A DNA stretch of 64,000 nt from Hormiphora californensis (GCA_020137815.1 CM035351.1:2232001-2296000); one strand, 5' to 3'; positions 1 through 12,434 are shown, counted from the first letter of the stretch. A program made the numbers and translations. The notes: a model not told the origin generated them from the letters alone.

Positions 1-214
1 GCATCTCATACCATCTGATGTAGTGTTGGAGCGTACGCTTATCATGTGAATCACTCTCTCACAATCCCTCTATTGTTGCTATTTCTCTCTCTTTCTCTCT
101 CTTTCTCTCTCTCTATCTCTCTCTCTACAATTGTGTCGCCCTTTCTTTTGATCATTCCCACGTACATCGATACTTTATTAACAGATCAGTGGTAATCTAA
201 CTAATTCCCGCCAG

Positions 215-793
215 GTGAGATAGAGTCGCTCAAAAAGCGTTACAAGACAAAGTTATCAGATCTCCACAACCAAAACAGCCAGCTAAAAACAGGACTAGCG
301 GAGAAACAAGCCAGGATAAAGCTTCTTCAGTTCCAGCTAACCTCGACTAAAACCGACCTAACGGACAGCCTTGCTAAAAAGGACGTTTTAATTAAATCCT
401 TGCGGACAGATTTAGAAGGCAAGAGTGATCAGTTGGCGTTTCTCATGTCCAAAATTCATAGTGCTAAGGTGATTCAGATGAAAGTTGGGCCAGCGGACCA
501 GGAACTGGGACGTTTTACACCCACCTCCGCCACCCCTGCGACCCCGGTCTCGTCACCACTCAGTGGAACTCAGTACTTCATCGGGTGACCCGATAACATC
601 AGCCGCAGCAGAGATCCTCAGTGCTGAACAGGAACAAAACAGGATGGTCGTTAGTCAGAGCGTTCCCCTGCCAACCCTACCAGCTATCGGGGACAGCTCT
701 GCCACCCGGTCTTTCCTGTCAAAGATGAAGTTGAACAGAGCTCGGAGGGAATCAAAGCAGGCACCCGCCATTACGCCTTATAAGGCAACATGA
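215..793 (+). CDS. Terminal exon of a coiled-coil protein (weakly CCDC92/CCDC74-like); apparent +1 frameshift near 481-484
   Basis: Acceptor ccag at 211-214 opens the heptad-rich frame EIESLKKRYKTKLSDLHNQNSQLKTGLAEKQARIKLLQFQL...LRTDLEGKSDQLAFLMSKIHSAK. Coding-like sequence continues in the +1 frame (ORF 485-793, Pro-rich tail). Family call is from memory and weak. Confidence 0.5.
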
Positions 794-1901
794 CACGATT
801 TTACCCGATCGGAAGTTAGAAATGGACCAATTTGAGAGAGGGAGGGAGAGATAATAAAGAGACAAATGAATGATTGAATGAGAGACTTGCACGAAAGTCG
901 ACCCCCGTGTGTTAGTAACAATCGTGTACAAGTTTGAAGACAATTTTGCGAGCAACAACACATCTTGAGATTATAAAACTCATTACGACGTTAACTGTTT
1001 TTATTTGGAAGGTAGTAGCTAACTATTATTACTCGTCAGATGTATACATTTAATTGGCAGAAGAAGAGAGAGAGAAAGAATTCCGTTTAGTCCTTTATAA
1101 TAGACCCAGAGAGTGTATCGGGAATGTACTTTTATGTGTATATCTGTGTGCATCTTAGGATGCGTAATAAGTGTTTTAAAAGTTAACAATTTGTTGAGCA
1201 CCAAATCACCGTGTGTTTGATAATTTATTGTCCCCCTAGGAAGTAGGAGGAAGCCTGTATGTCTGTTACATCTGTTACTATTAGTAATACATATTTTACA
1301 GAGGCCTCTCTTGGCCTCCCTCTAGAGGGAGGTACCCATTTCATTACCACACTATGCAGGTTATTTGACAGCTTTACAATACTTCTCTCTCTAAAGCACA
1401 GTCAATATTGCACACTCATGGGGGGGGGGGCAATAATCTGGAAGCTGCTGCAGCAGAAGTAACGTGGTTTGTGTGACGTATTCATAGTTCACTTCAATAG
1501 TAATGATTGACTCCTGGAGAATGATTGATCAACCTCCCTCTCTCTCTCCCTCTATTTCTATCAGAGTGACCAACTGAAGTGGCTGAAGTTCTCACAACAT
1601 TTGAGCATGGTCACACACACTCATACACACGAACATGCTGACTGGACGGAACGCGCACCGCCTATCAAGACATACCATGATGCGCTAAAAGTTTCAGCAC
1701 TACTGGGTTACCATAGTGATGCAGTGTGCGCGTATGATGGGTAGTACCAGACCCCCGGCAGTGACATCATGATGATACAGCTGCATGTCAATAATTGTTA
1801 CACATTGGATATAGACAGAGTTTCAGTGGTTGAAAATGTGAACATTAAAATAATGGAACATGATTAAAATAGCTTCGAGGGAACAGTCTTCAGTATCTCT
1901 C

Positions 1902-4595
1902 TCAAACCATTGACATGCAACTGGAGGGAAACTCGCTGTCCAGCCATTGCAATAGATTATGCTCCGGTAAACCGGTGCTCTCCTCACACTCCTTCTCAAT
2001 CTTGGCCGACAGTTTTTCATGTAACTCCCTCATCTCAACCGATTTCTCAGGCTGATCAGCACTGTACAGCCGTTCAAGCATTTTACACGACCACATCTGC
2101 AAACTAATGTCCGGGATACGATTAGCTATTTCGTGGGCCGATTTCACCATCTCTAATGCATCTGTCTGGTTGCCTATATCAACAAAGATGTGAGCTAGAA
2201 GAAGGAACGCACTACTCGTCAGCTTGTTCAAATCTGCTTTATTCGCCATAACAACAGTCTCTCTTAACTTCCTCTTTGCATCAGTTAACCTGCCCTCCAC
2301 CAGAGCGGCCATGCCTTGGATACAGTAACTACTGGCCTTCAGACTGTGACATTTTCCTGGCATTCTGCCCGGTTCTACACTCTCCAACAGAGCATGGAGT
2401 TTATCTTTAGGTAGATTCTGCTTCAGGTGCACTACCACACTGTTCAGCTTGATAAAGGCAATCTGTTCAGGTTCGCTGGTGTGCTTTAGGGCGGCATTGA
2501 ATTGTGTCCGGGCGTGATCCAGACACCCAGGCATTACCATCGCGTACAGACCAAGTGCCGTGTGGAGAGAGGACCGGTGGTGTTTTAGGGTCCCGTGGTA
2601 TTTCTGGTAGACCGTGACACACTTTTGTAGCTCCTTCACAGCTGCTGCAGTCTGACCCCGTAGAAGGTGGGCCAGGAACAGCTGCTCCATCAGGATGAGT
2701 TGGTAGGAGGACACGACACTATCATTATCGTAACCTGGAGGGGAGAGAGAGTGTATAGTAACCTGGAGGGGGAGGGAGGGTGTACAACCGATAGTGAGAG
2801 GAAACTGGCCGAACATGTCATAGTCGAACGTACTAAATTTGGGGCTACTGGATCAGAAAATATACAAAGATCCAAGATGGAGCAAAAAAAATACACTGTA
2901 TGACGTACTTCTCTGTTTGTTAATGAGTTGTAGGGCCTTGTTAGCGTAGCTCTCAGCCTTGTCCGTGTAGCCCTGTTGAAGTGCGTGCATGACACTTACA
3001 ACGTATACCAGGAGGAATAGTTGCTCCTGTGAAATCCAGTGGAACTGATCAGCGGGGTCTCTCTCGCCAGTATCTGTGAGTTGGAGGGGTTATGGGAGGG
3101 AGCGGGTCTCTCTCGCCAGTATCTGTGAGATGGAGGGGTTAGGGCCGGGATATAGCTCCCAAAGTGGCTGAGGATGATCAGAGAATGTTTTAAATCCCAT
3201 ACGGCATACCACTAGGAAAGTGCTAGATGGAAAGTGTTCCGATAGAAATAGAACTACATACTTACAAGGTTTGTTTTCCGTGTGTGTAAGCTGCTTGTAA
3301 CAGGCGTGTAATTGTTTCAGGGATTGCCGGGCTAACTTGATCTGTCCTTGCCAAATGTACTCTGAAAACAAATAAAGTTTAGTTTGTATCCCTCTCCCGG
3401 TTTGATAATCCCCCCTACTAGAATTGGGTACGAGGTCGTACTCAAGCTATGTACAGTATGACAACCTACCAGACACTTGTAGGACGTGATGGAAGACTTT
3501 GAGGGAGAGTATTTCAGACCGGGAGAGAGCGAGGCCAGATTGTTCTGCGTTCTCGAGAATAGCCCCAACTTCCTTCAATATCACATCTGCAACGTCAAAG
3601 TTCCTGGAAAGAAGGGAAGATATATAACAGAGACTAGAGAGAGAGAGAGAGGGATAAATCTATAACTGCATAAATTATGCAACAGATAAATCCACGATGA
3701 TCTAATAATGCTAACAAACACACAGACTCTCTGGCAGCTACCTTTGAATGAGAAGAGCCATCGCCTGTGAAAGAGAAAAAAGGATCCGGGTATTTTGAGC
3801 GTTTAGCCTCCCCGCGTATTCAGCCCCTGCCGCCAGTGTTGTTACAGCTGCACTAATGTTACCTAGAGAAGGGGTCATCAAGAGCTGTATAACAAGAGGG
3901 GGATAACCTCGTCTTGATAGATGGTTAGAAAAGGGATAAAATCGACACCAATTATGAAATGAATTTAAAAACATACCCATTTCCATGCTAGCTTTAGCAA
4001 GCTTGGAAAGCACATCTGACAATACCAGAATTGGTAGTTGATGGCCAGTTCAATGGTCCCGTTAATCAGGTTAACTGCATCCAGATGTTTACCCTTGGCC
4101 ATGTACACAGATGCTAACAGACTTGTTATCTCTAACTTTAACTCCTCCATTGCCATCAGATCCCGCACTTTCTTTAGCTGGAGAGAGGGGGTTGGGTAGG
4201 TAGGGGCTACAAGTAAAGGGTGATTATATGGGGTTTAGGTAGGGCCAATGGGTTACAAATGGGGATATGGTATATAGTTCACTTATCACTGTAGCTGTAA
4301 CAACATCACTCACCGCTTTCTTAAGGTGGGTCTCCACATGATCAACATTCTTTGTATGTAACCACATCAGCTGGGCTATCTGGAGACGAGTCCTGACCTC
4401 TATCCTCGCAGGAGGATTACAAATCAGGATCGCCTCCAAACAATGAATTGATTTCCTAATATCTGGGGATTTAGCAGTTCTAAACCCCTCAGCAGCACCC
4501 AGCAGAGCAAAGTACATGTTGTCGAATGTCACTGCCTCTGCCATAGTGCTTTGCGTTTCCATCCGTTCCGTTTTCTCTGCATCTGCTTCAGCCAT
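1902..4595 (-). CDS. MAU2: MAU2/Scc4 cohesin loader subunit, multi-exon (e.g. 4314-4595, 3977-4177, exon from 3862, last large exon ending 1902)
   Basis: N-terminus YFALLGAAEGFRTAKSPDIRKSIHCLEAIL...IEVRTRLQIAQL, plus GAEYAG...TRILFSLSQAM and a TPR-like C-terminus (LHTALGLYAM, LNKLTSSAFLLLAHIF, IPDISLQMW, EHNLLQW). GT-AG junctions found. One frameshift near 4005. Confidence 0.93.
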
Positions 4596-5318
4596 GGCTT
4601 GGTATGACTGATTCAGAGAGAGGAGAATGATTTGAGACACACAAGGTGTACATACAATTAATTGTACACACGGAATCAATGTATTATTTGAGGCCGTTGT
4701 GTGTGTAGTGTGCGCCGCGCGGCGCTCAACTAATGAGTGATGAAAGTGCGTACACAATAGGGGGCGTGTTGCCGCGTCCTACACACATGTGTCGCACTGT
4801 TTGTGCGTGTGTGTGTGTGCCATAGCACTGTCACTATGTGTGTGACAGTCAGAGAGAGAAACACAACTTTCAAATACACACTACACACACACACGTGACA
4901 CACCTCATTTTATAGAGTGGTTATATAACAGGTCTTGTATTTCCTGATGTGTACAATGGTGAGTCAAATACAATTGTAAATACACATCAATGTTACCAGA
5001 TATAGCGTTTTTCTCTTTTTTTAATTCAAATTGCGTTTTTCTTTTTATTCAAATTTCTCTCTCTTTCTCGGTTGTGTTTGGTAAAAGATTAAAGGGTGTG
5101 AATTTGTGTGAGCATTGAGTGTTCGCATTCAACGAAGTGACTTTGTACAAGATATATGTATAAAATAATATCTCTCTCTCTCCCAATCCATCGATAAATT
5201 CCCTTTGATAAACATTTTTCACAAGGCAACACGCCAGTAAGTGTCTTGATCCGTGAAGCGCTTTTTAGTGAGTCATACTCTCGTAACCATGGTTACACAC
5301 ATCCAACAGCATCACGAT

Positions 5319-6237
5319 CTAAGCATACATCATTTCAGCCATTGTGCTCATAGGCCGGGGGATGAACAGTGCATTTTCCATGTACCCAGCCAGTTCGTCC
5401 ACTGTGACATCATTCGCCTGACTCCGACATCCCTTGGTTGGAGGGGGTGGTACTGCAGAGGGTTGTTGTTGTTGGTGGGTGGTATTGGTTGTGGACACTC
5501 CACTACTAGTAGTGGACACTCCACTAGTACTGGCTGGTGTCTCAGAAGCAGTGGTGGATATCTCTGTAACGGTGTGACGTCGTGTAGTAATACGACGCCG
5601 GGCAGGACCCGTCGGGGGTGCCCCTGATGGTTGTTGGTTCGTTTCCATGAACGCTTCAACTGATTCTCGTGTTAGTTTAACCGGGGACTGCTTTTTACTT
5701 TTTAGGCATTGCTTCCTGTAGGGGAATAGTGGCGTTAGAGTGGCGTTAGAGTGGTGATAGAGTAGTGTTAGACCCAGTGGTGCTCGGCAACGCTTTTTTG
5801 AACGGCCAATTCAATTTGAACGTTAAGCAATCGAGCACCACTGGGGTGTTAGAGTAGTGTTAGAGCGGTGATAGTGGTGATAGAGAAATAATGGTTTCCA
5901 ATGCTACAAACAGGACAAAGGCAGTGAAAAGTGAACTGATAAAAGATATATCGGGTCACATTTCTGATAATCTACAATTAAGAAAAGACAATCACGCAAG
6001 AGCGCATACTACTTCCTAAATAACAAGCTACACAGGACCCACCCTCTATTTCGTCGGAACAGCGAACACAGAGTCAGAGTTTCTCCTTATTTTCCTGCCA
6101 GTGGGGGGCCGTTGTTGTTGATCAATTGTGGCACTTCCGGGTTGAGTTGGTGCCACTGCCTGGCCCACCCCTAGACCCGTTCCAAAGCAGAGCGATTCGA
6201 AGGTCTGGCTCAGTGAGATTGTAGGTGAGTCTGCCAT
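5319..6237 (-). CDS. OSER1: Oxidative stress-responsive serine-rich protein 1-like, two exons (about 6043-6237 and 5319-5715); exon 1 carries an in-frame TAG or an extra base
   Basis: C-terminus CRSQANDVTVDELAGYMENALFIPRPMSTMAEMMYA matches the OSER1 signature ([30 protein letters not shown]). N-terminal SLSQTFESL resembles SLQTAFKKL. Confidence 0.85.
5773..5845. mobile_element. 73-bp miniature inverted-repeat element in the OSER1 intron
   Basis: 14-bp TIR cccagtggtgctcg/cgagcaccactggg, flanked by the 8-bp direct repeat gtgttaga (5765-5772, 5846-5853). The flanks are themselves repetitive. Confidence 0.6.
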
Positions 6238-6553
6238 TTAGTGGACATAGCAGCGCTAAATAGGAAATATATGTGTGTTAGATATATGAGTTAGAGAGGG
6301 GATGGTGTTAGGAAAACATAGCATTTATTAGTCAGTATTGTGATAACAAGTCTGGGGAGGGGGAGAAAAACAAACAAAGTGATTAGCATGAAACGCTCTG
6401 TCAATAGAAATCAAATAAAACAACAAAACGTCAAAACAAGAAAGATTTTGTCAACTAAAAAAAGAAACATAAAACCCAAAAACTGACGGAGCTCTCTCTT
6501 TATACCGTGATCAACACGAGAGAGTCTTGTGTAAGACCATTACCACACACATA

Positions 6554-6574
6554 TCACGTGACCAGTCACGTGAC
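6554..6574. promoter_or_regulatory. Paired E-box/CLEAR-like motifs (TCACGTGA, GTCACGTGAC) between the SUCO stop and the OSER1 start
   Basis: Sequence tcacgtgaccagtcacgtgac about 320 bp upstream of the OSER1 ATG; function is inferred only. Confidence 0.3.
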
Positions 6575-6586
6575 ACACACCAAACA

Positions 6587-8980
6587 TCACCGGATATGAT
6601 GTTTTGTCTTCCGACTCTTCAGCTGAGGAGCTTTAGGTTGAGGGTATATCAGGTCCATCTGTAAACTCTCCAGGGGAGTCTTCTTAGCATCGGAGGCTGA
6701 AACACGACGATTGATCTGAGTCTCACTGCGTGCCCCTCTTATGGGCCCGTGTTGCGGCATGGGACTAGTGTCTCTACTCTTCGATCGGACCTGTCGTGTT
6801 TTCTTCTGCTTCCGGTTCTCTTCATTCCCGCCACACAGTGCTGCTGTGGGTGACATTGGCCGAGCTATTCTTGCCGCTCGTCTCTCCTCAAACACACCGG
6901 AAATTTCGTTAACTTTCTTGGACATTCGCCAGATGAAGTAGAAAGCAAGGAGAAGGATAAAGAGAATGAGGTTGGTAGTTGTGATGAGACTGTTGCTCTT
7001 CCCTCCGATATCTGATGCCCGTTCCTGGATATCTGCCAGCATACCTTGGATACTCTCAAATCTGGCCTCAATCTGGCCCAATCTGTCCTCAAACCGTTTC
7101 ATTGCCTCATCTACAGTGGCGAGGGTCTTCTCAAGGGGCTTGAACAGGTTGTCAACTTTTTTGTATCTACTTGAGAGAGTTTCTAGATAATCGTTGGACA
7201 GACTTAGATTCCGTTCTAACTCTTTTATCCGTTTATCTAATTCCAGGAAAATTGAGTTTTTCTTGGGACTGTTCGTCATCACAACACCCTTACTATCTTT
7301 TAGATCAGCTGGTACAGCAGGTTGTTGTGGTAGATCTGCAGCAGGCTTGTTGGCAGGAACTTCCTCTTTTGGCTCAACTTTCAGAGGACTTTCCTTCTTC
7401 GGAGTTTCTTTCTTCACCTCCTCTTTAGGCTCCTCTTTAGGTTCAACAACTGGGACAGGCAGAGTTTCACCCTTCTCAGCGGTTATAACAGGAGCTACAT
7501 CGGGGACCTCCTTAGCAGGGGCAGCAGGCTCTACAACTACAACAGGTGGTGCAACTATATCATCTGCTTTCTTCTCCTCCGCAAGATCAACCCCTTCCAT
7601 AATCACAACAGTAGGTTGTTTCTTAACCTCAACTCCCTCCTCTCCTTTCAATCGTTTCTCTTCTCCTTCTGATTTTTTCTCCTCCTCAACCTTTATCTCC
7701 TTACCCCTCTCATCCACCTTCACAACGACTGGATCGGGGGCCGGTGTTGGAGCTGGAGGATCCTCTGCAGGGACAGGAGCGACAACCCCTTCCTCTCCCT
7801 CTTTGTTTGTGACACCCAACACACCCAGGGCACTATCCACAATATTCTTGACGGCGTTCTTAGCTCCCACAATCAGCGACTTATCCCCAGCTACGTCGCC
7901 CGGTTCAGTCGCATCGAAGCTGTCAATTGGTAGCTCATAGGGATCGACGGTTTCCGGCTGGGCCTGTTGTTCCTCATACTCATCGACCATGCTCATACCA
8001 AGGACTTGGAAGGCGGTCAGGACACAAAAGTGCTCCTTCCCACGGTGAGAAATCTTCTCAAACTTAACATATTTACCGTACTGGCCGTGTCCAGATATCT
8101 CGAACTTCTCCATTTCCCTCTTGTTTCGAGCTGCAAAAGTTCCAATGTGGGTCCATTCTTTGGGCGGGTATGCCTCCGATGTGTAAACCTTGAACTCGTG
8201 AATTGAAGAAGCGAAAAGTTCAAAGTTAGCCAGCTGGATGGCAGTTATCTGAATTGTGTCACAAAGTTCAACTACAAACCAAATGGATCCTTCACAGGGA
8301 ATCATAGCATAGCTATCTTTATCCTTGTTAAGAACAGATGCAGCATTCTTGAAATCCTTTTTATTGTCTGCAATCTTAGCTCCACACACAATATCAGCAT
8401 AGTTCTTCTGAATCAGCTTTCCTTTCGGCTTAGGTTTCTCATCTTCGCTCTCAACTTCTTCTTCGTTGACATTCTTCTGTCGATCGGTTTGAGCTTTAGA
8501 TTTGCCTTTTTCTGACTCTTCTTTCTCTTTCCGTTCCCTGAACTCTTTGAAAGAAGGGATGACTTCATCAGGCTCTTCAGTAGCTTCCTCGGTCGGTGGC
8601 TCTGCCTTAAACTCAGCTTGTGGAATTTCTTCTGCAATTTTTGGTTCAGGTTGATCGTGAGAAATCACCTCTGTGGGTAATTCTGGTTCAACCGGCTCGT
8701 CAGGGGGTTTTTGGGGCTCTTCAACTTTATCGACAGCCTCGGGAACTTGATTTACACTCTGTAAACCGTCAGGTTCCACTAATTGTTCAGTTTTAACTAG
8801 TTCTTCAACGCCATCTACTTTTTCTAAGACTTCTGTATCCTGATTTTTGGGAGGTTCAAGGGGTTCTAGAGGTTCTTGTGGAGAATGTTTAGGATGAGGA
8901 ATGTTGTCCACTTCTTGGCAACAACCCAAGGACTGAAAATAGAAAACCCAGCAGAGAAATCTCACAAGGTTTGAAACCAT
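6587..8980 (-). CDS. SUCO: SUN domain-containing ossification factor / Slp1-like mid-SUN protein, single exon, 797 aa
   Basis: Signal peptide; NYADIVCGAKI...WFVVELCDTIQITAIQLANFELFASS...F.V..S..YP..W SUN domain; KNSIFLELDKRIKELERNLSLSNDYLETLSSRYKK coiled coil; C-terminal TM helix. Confidence 0.92.
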   Translation of the reverse strand: MVSNLVRFLCWVFYFQSLGCCQEVDNIPHPKHSPQEPLEPLEPPKNQDTEVLEKVDGVEELVKTEQLVEPDGLQSVNQVPEAVDKVEEPQKPPDEPVEPELPTEVISHDQPEPKIAEEIPQAEFKAEPPTEEATEEPDEVIPSFKEFRERKEKEESEKGKSKAQTDRQKNVNEEEVESEDEKPKPKGKLIQKNYADIVCGAKIADNKKDFKNAASVLNKDKDSYAMIPCEGSIWFVVELCDTIQITAIQLANFELFASSIHEFKVYTSEAYPPKEWTHIGTFAARNKREMEKFEISGHGQYGKYVKFEKISHRGKEHFCVLTAFQVLGMSMVDEYEEQQAQPETVDPYELPIDSFDATEPGDVAGDKSLIVGAKNAVKNIVDSALGVLGVTNKEGEEGVVAPVPAEDPPAPTPAPDPVVVKVDERGKEIKVEEEKKSEGEEKRLKGEEGVEVKKQPTVVIMEGVDLAEEKKADDIVAPPVVVVEPAAPAKEVPDVAPVITAEKGETLPVPVVEPKEEPKEEVKKETPKKESPLKVEPKEEVPANKPAADLPQQPAVPADLKDSKGVVMTNSPKKNSIFLELDKRIKELERNLSLSNDYLETLSSRYKKVDNLFKPLEKTLATVDEAMKRFEDRLGQIEARFESIQGMLADIQERASDIGGKSNSLITTTNLILFILLLAFYFIWRMSKKVNEISGVFEERRAARIARPMSPTAALCGGNEENRKQKKTRQVRSKSRDTSPMPQHGPIRGARSETQINRRVSASDAKKTPLESLQMDLIYPQPKAPQLKSRKTKHHIR

Positions 8981-9117
8981 GGCTAGTTTAAAGGAATGCT
9001 GGCCTTCGCAGCTAAGTCTTAGTCGTAGTATAAGACCGATACGGCCCCTTCTGGATGACTACGAACTTCAAAAACGAAAAATTTAAAAGAAGAGTGCAAA
9101 ACTCTTGGCATACGTTG

Positions 9118-9800
9118 CAGGCCCCTTATAATATAATATAAGGGGCCTGGAGGGAATACCGCGCTAGGGGGGAATACATAATCAATCATATCTCCGGTTC
9201 CAGATAAGGTACAGAAATCGTTTTGGTAGCGTTGGAAAGAGGAAGATAACAGCTTTCAAATGCAACCGGTTTCAGGTCTCTATCTTATCAGGAACAGGAG
9301 ATATGAACCAAACTCCGCAAAATCGAGTGCGGTAAAATCAAAATTTGAATGAAATTTTTAAAAAGGTGTCCCTGCAAGAATCTGTGACGTCACTTTTTGA
9401 AAACAACCCATCTTTCAACGGCTATTGCTCAGCCTCCTTAAGTCCAATTAACTTCTCTCAAAAACAGCAAGGTAGATAATCGTCAGATCTAACAACTGGT
9501 GAAAGAATCAAGTCAAACGGACTTCAGGAGCCAAAGTTATAAGCACCGCCGTTTTTTCGACCGCAAAGTTATCTTCGACCCAGCCGGGATCAGGCCAAAC
9601 GCGCGCGCGGCATTCCCTCCAGTCCCCTCGTTGCGGGGGTGCGCGCATGAGGGGGCTGCAGCGCATTCCAAGCAAAACTCGAAAACGGAAAAGTATTTAA
9701 AAAAATTTTCAGGTTTTTCCATGCGCGGCGCAATATAAACCCGAACGCGCAAATCTATGCGCGTAAAGGATCACGCGCGCTGAAGTTCGCTCAATTTTGA
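9118..9800. mobile_element. Dispersed repeat / probable non-autonomous DNA transposon remnant, starting with a 32-bp hairpin
   Basis: Hairpin caggccccttata...tataaggggcctg (9118-9149). The block gcgttggaaaga...tatcttatcaggaacaggagatatga (about 9229-9306) is shared with the MITE at 41255-41524. Boundaries are approximate. Confidence 0.45.
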
Positions 9801-10640
9801 AAAGTCCGCACTGGATGAATCACTCTTGGAGATGTGCAGATCTGAGTACAGTGTGTTGTGTTGGGCACTTGGTAGTTTCAGACACTCTCTAACTTTTCTC
9901 TTTAACTTGTTTAAACACTAATTGCTTTGCTATGATTTAAACAAAGTATTATTTAGCTTTGTCACTTTACCGCCGTCTGGCAGACGGCGTCTGCCGCTAG
10001 AAGTACATGACTGAGTGGAATATCATACATAATACGTGTGAAAGTTTAAATTGGGGCATACGGTGACAAGCACAATCGTTAAAATTGTGTATCTCACTTT
10101 CCAACAGTATCTTTAAGTTTCAATGTTAAAAGCTGACAGCTAGCGGCGGTATTGAATATGTAGTATGTACTCGTCAGAGCACTGACCTAAGATAAGTACG
10201 GTATTGAATGATTTACACATATCATAATTAACATTTCAAAATTCATGATAAGGTTTCCGCAGGAGAGGGGGAATGGGGGTGGTTCTCAAAATTCGGACAG
10301 TCGACAGGATTGTTTTCCCTTCGATAGCTGATGATTATTGATATAGGCCACGCATGTTTCTCCAGTGTGTGCTAGTGCGAGAGAGCGAGGGGTAACATGC
10401 TGTAGATTACTTGACATGCTCATGTGCAGCCTGTACGACAGCTGTGTACACATTATATGACATTTCCTTTCTCTCGCTCTATCTCTCTTCGTCACATGCT
10501 CTCTCCCTCTCCTTATCAAAGGGAGAAGTGCATGAAAAAATATGGAGGACAAGTGCGAAGCAGCGTGTGACAAGCTTGTCTCTCGTTACAGCTAGTATTG
10601 AATCCCACTCTTTGTGTATTTAGGTATTTTATGATCAGAA

Positions 10641-11425
10641 ATGGGCAGGTACCCGTACCCACTACCGAGATTTGAAAATGATGGAACATTCTGCAAAAAG
10701 ATGAACACAACCAATTCGGTAGGCAACTTTTTATTTCTTCTACTTTTTCAATCTGAAATATTCTTTTGAAATTCTAACTGTACCAGTAGATGCAAAATGA
10801 CTAACCAATTCCACTTGCAGTCCCTTGAGGGAGCTCTTCGCAAGAAGACGTTAGCTGTCGGCTCAGACCCTTGGCAGCGACTTTACACAACACATTCGCT
10901 ATCCAGTGGCCGACATGGTGTCATGTATTACGATCCCAAGGTGAGATCTCAGTAGCACCAACTATTGTCTTACTCCCTCGATTACCCCATTTGTTCCCAA
11001 AATCCTAACAATGCTTCATTTTCAGGCTCCTCGGGATAGTCTTGATTTTATCATCAAAGCCAGTTACAACCACCACAATTTGTTTATGGCAGATACCAAT
11101 GAGACCCTTCTGCAACAGGAGACACTTGGAGGAAACCATGGGTAAGTGAATACACGGAGATTGTTTGAGCCAATACAGAGTTTTTACGCCTTTGGTTTGG
11201 TCAATGGTCTTGATTCCATGAAAGCAAAATGGTTTAATGGTTTTGTTGACGCTGGTTTGTTTTCTAAGCTACAGCGGTTCCATAGAACTTTTCTTGGATA
11301 ATATGCCATCAGTTATTCAGTTATCGGCTTGTAATACCTAGCTTAAATCTATTCTTGGCATCTTTTTCATCTTATATTTCTTTCCGATATCCTTTCTCTC
11401 TTACTCTCTTAGTCATGTTTTCTTC

Positions 11426-11486
<61 letters not shown>

Positions 11487-12434
11487 TTCTCTCCCGATCC
11501 TTTTTCTCGATTTCCGCGAACTATTGTTCTCATGGCAACAGTGTCAGATCAGCAGAGCACTGTATTTGAGTTTAAAGCTGCGGTTGCCATGGTTACGAGG
11601 GCACACATTAGCAACTTGATCTGATTCTACTACTACTGCTACAGTGAATAATATTTACCTCCCGACCCATCACATATTCACTATCATCTCTGCTGGGCCA
11701 CCTTCCTAAAATGAAAACATATTATATATCAGATCTTCAGTCCCAGCTACTGATCGAATGAAGCTCTGAATACTAATGAAACTTGAACCATGCAGCAGTC
11801 GAGTGTCGACATGGCTGCAAAATCATGTTCGCTCTTGTAAAATACTGATTGGAACTGTAGTCTGTAACAGCTTACATACACTCTCAACCTGTATACACTG
11901 CTGCAATAGTTGGACAATAAGTGATCAATGGCTAATGCTCAAATGTCGCGGTGGTCCTTTATCGGTTACACTCGATCAACTGCAGCAGTTTTGCCTCTTG
12001 GTATAGTTTAATAGTACCTACCTACATGTGGTCTACCGAGTACAAAACCTACTTAATATTTTATGTTAAAATGATGAATGCCCCTGACCAAATAATAACT
12101 TCCAACTGCCAATAACATCAGTATTATTTCCCCAGACGAATCCTGAAGAACCGTGTCAAGAAAAGTGCCCCAATTTTCAAGGCCACTCTTGTGGAGCCAA
12201 CCTTTAGACAGTCCGTTCAACTTCCCCGGTTCACCACTCATAGCGTTAAAATGGCAATAGGTATGTTAAAATTAATTAGTTAATCTTGGTACTTCATTTA
12301 CAAAAAGCTAAGAGAATAAATAAACTAGTCAACGACTCGATTTACCCAACGAAATGTTTTCAGAGAGTCACCATGTACCTTTGACGAACCCGGGATATTC
12401 ACGAAAACACGACGGCGGATTCTACACTACCTAG
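10641..12434 (+). CDS. CFAP276: CFAP276/C1orf194 (DUF3695) ciliary microtubule inner protein; exons 10641-10718, 10821-10940, 11026-11141, 12136-12260, 12364-12434
   Basis: Five exons join in phase through GT-AG introns: [15 protein letters not shown]...[14 protein letters not shown]...[22 protein letters not shown]...[30 protein letters not shown]. The TNxGYSRKxDGGF end is the family signature. Confidence 0.9.
11421..11481. repeat. (TC)n microsatellite
   Basis: Direct reading. Confidence 0.95.

Noticed and set aside
7194-7940. 248-aa + strand ORF (also 48511-49029 and others opposite PRPF8 and the LINEs)
   Set aside because: Antisense shadow of a strongly supported CDS.
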